DNA of 64,000 bases from Chiloscyllium plagiosum (Eukaryota): positions 92,498,037 through 92,562,036 of the forward strand of contig NC_057719.1 in assembly GCF_004010195.1 (NCBI RefSeq). The letters are read 5' to 3'. The translations under genes and the position numbers were made by a program. This document shows, piece after piece, positions 61,690 to 64,000 of the stretch. The notes under the pieces are model-generated. The model worked only from the letters and a program-made list of their open reading frames with translations. It ran no database searches and was not told the DNA's origin. Numbering within the stretch: position 1 is the stretch's first letter; each line of letters opens with the position of its first letter.

Positions 61690-62278
61690 TGTTCTGGAAT
61701 AAGGTTTGCTCGCTGAGCTGGAAGATTTGTTTTCAGACATTTGTCACCATATTAAGTAAGATAATCAGTGAGCCTCTGGATGAAGCACTGTTGGTATGGC
61801 CCACTTTCTAATTATGTCTTTGGGTTTCCTTGGGTTGGTGATGTCATTTCATGTAGTTCACCATTTCCTGTGTTGATGTCATTTCCTGTTCTTTTTCTCA
61901 GGGAGTGTTAAATGGGATCCAAGTCAATGTGTTTGTTGATAGAGTTTCAGGTAGAAGGCCCTGCTTCGAGGAATTCTCATGCGTGTCACTGTTTGGCCTG
62001 TCCTAGGATGGATGTGTTGTCCCAGTCGAAGTGGTGTCCTTCCTCATCCGTATGTAATGATACTAAGTGAGAGTGGGTCATGTCCTTTTGTGGCTAATTG
62101 ATGTTCATGTATCCTGGTGGCTAGTTTTCTGCCGGTTTGTCCAATGTAGAGTTTGTTACAGTTCTTGCAAGGTATTTTGTAAATGGCGTTAGTTTTGCTT
62201 GTTGTCTGTATAGGGTCTTTCAAGTTCATGAGCTGCTGTGTTAGTGTGTTGGTGGGTTTGTGGGCTGCCATAATGCTG
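61690..62278 (-). mobile_element. Penelope-like element, third family (GIY-YIG domain plus tail)
   Basis: NAIYKIPCKNCNKLYIGQTGRKLATRIHEH GIY-YIG motif; decayed hammerhead-like core ~61733-61770. Confidence 0.88.
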
Positions 62279-62699
62279 ATAGGGCTGGGATCATGGAAAA
62301 GTGGTGACATTTCCATGCATCCAGTGTCTTTGTTACTCTAGCTGGTTTACATGTTGCGTTTAGATGGGTCTGTTGGAAGACCCTTTGTGAGTAACTGCAA
62401 TACGTCTTGTAGATGGTACACAGAGATGTTGCTGTGCATTGGTGGTGAAGGGAGGGAATAATCAAAGTGGATTATGGTTTACTACTCAAGCTCCATCTAC
62501 GCAAGGTGCAAGAAAGAAACAGATTTAACATTGACTGAGTTCTGATGAAGGACCACTGGATTTGAAACAATAATCTGTCTCTCTGTCTCTCTCTCTCCAC
62601 AGATGCTGCTAGATCTGCTGGGTTTCTCCAGCAATTTGTACATTTGCAACATTTCTTTGAAAACTTGTGACATAAAATTTGAACCTTGGTCTGACTGTA

Positions 62700-63115
62700 T
62701 TGCTTTGGGTAATCAATGCCACATAAATAATAAGAAAAATAACAATCCTTTCATATGTCAATTTGGCAGCTCTTTTTAAACCAAAATGCACAGTTTCAGG
62801 ATTTTGTTTGGAGACATCCATCGTTGTTCAAAGAGATAGATTCCCATTTCTGATTTTAGCTAAGAGTCGTGCACAATTAATTGAAACCTTGCAAAATGAT
62901 TTCTCACAACCAGGTTTTGGAATTAAAGATGCAAGCTGAGGTGAGGAACAGACTTTCTGCACTACCTGACACGCAAGGCATTTGTGGTAAAATTTGACTC
63001 CATCTTTATATAATCTTGGACAATAAAAATACTTTAATATTGTAGCCTGTTCTTTTTTTCCCAATCTTAAGTGAGCTGCCATAGGAATTTTATCAACCAT
63101 TTGTAAAGCCTAGCT
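62700..63115 (-). mobile_element. Gypsy (Gmr1-like) integrase fragment
   Basis: IPMAAHL...ILKYFYCPRLYKDG..FYHKCLACQ...LASLIP resembles the integrase at 37389-37613. Confidence 0.75.
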
Positions 63116-63123
63116 ATGAGGGG

Positions 63124-63400
63124 AATGGCATGTTGGCTCAGTGGTAATCACTGCTGCCTAAAAGTATCAAGGACGTATGTTCAGTTCCCACCTCTGGTGA
63201 CTGTCTGTATAGAGTTTGCACATTCTGTCCGTGTCTGTTCAAAGATGTGCAGATTAGGTGAATTGGTCATGTTAAATTGCCCATACTGTGCAGACCATGT
63301 CGATTAGCCAATATAAATGCAGGTTTGTGGGGATGCTCTTTCGAGGGTGAGTACCGACTCAATGGGTCAAATGGCCTTTATTTCCTCTCCAGGGATTCTA
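63124..63400 (+). mobile_element. Old HE1 SINE
   Basis: GGCTCAGTGGTAATCACTGCTGCC head, AAAGATGTGCAGATTAGGTGAATTGG body. Confidence 0.8.
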
Positions 63401-63414
63401 CTAACATTTATTTT

Positions 63415-63720
63415 CCATCATTCACAGGATGGGGCAATCGTTGGCCACGCCAGCCTTACTGCCCATCCCTAATTACCCAGAGGGCACTTAAGAGTCAATA
63501 ACTCATTGCTGTGGGCCTGGAGTCTTGTGTCAGCCAGACCAGGTAAGGATAGCAGTTTCCTTCCCTAAAAGACATTGGTGAACTAGATGGGTTTTCCTGA
63601 CAATGAACAATAGTGGCCATTAGGCTTCTAATTTCTAACGTGATAGGATTTGAAACTGGCCCCGACAACATCGTCTGGGTCTCTGTATTAAGAGTGCAGT
63701 GAAAATACCGCTAGGCTGTT
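63415..63720 (-). mobile_element. Older tRNA-type SINE (same family as 20320-21190)
   Basis: TGCCCATCCCTAATT...TTAAGAGTCAA...CCAGACCAGGTAAGGATAGCAGTTTCCTTCCCT is the reverse complement of the 21040-21190 sequence. Confidence 0.7.
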
Positions 63721-64000
63721 ACCTGGTTGCTGTTTGAGATGGGTTCCAATTCCCCATCAATACTTTGTCTTTGAACTAATAACACAGAATAGAATCACAG
63801 GATTTAGTGAACAGAAGGAGGCTATTCGATCCATCATAACTACACCAGCTCTAGATAGAGTTACCCAGCTAGTCCCACTCTGCAGCGCTATCTTCATAGC
63901 CCTTAGCAAATAACACTCCAATATTGTTTCTGATTCAATTTCTGAGTGAGCTGATTTTTCAATATCAAATCCATTTGGACATTTCCATGAAAGAAAATGG

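Overview
Repeat-rich vertebrate genomic DNA, almost certainly from a shark: it carries many HE1-type tRNA SINEs, HER1/CR1 LINE fragments and Penelope-like elements, plus three N gaps. The only host genes I can support are two convergent, two-exon class A GPCR paralogues of the GPR139-like type. One is intact on the minus strand (exon 1 59084-59015, exon 2 44297-43393, 324 aa, 14.7 kb phase-1 intron; exon 1 is absent from the ORF track). The other is a plus-strand pseudogene (27167-27234 plus 31339-32266) with frameshifts and stops. Between them lies a decayed Gmr1-type Gypsy LTR retrotransposon (PR-IN-RT-RH order) whose flanks do not match. The most striking non-obvious signal is a set of minimal hammerhead-ribozyme cores (CTGAnGA-stem-GAAA-palindrome-UH). 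They sit at Penelope ends and at the centre of short palindromic non-autonomous elements flanked by 9-14 bp target-site duplications. Other structure: an old tandem duplication in the GPCR intron with near-invariant islands, a core-promoter-like motif shared by both GPCR first exons, an inverted repeat of unique DNA near 15-16 kb, an RT-less Gypsy derivative and a 33-bp minisatellite. Repeat boundaries and family names were judged by eye, not by database search.
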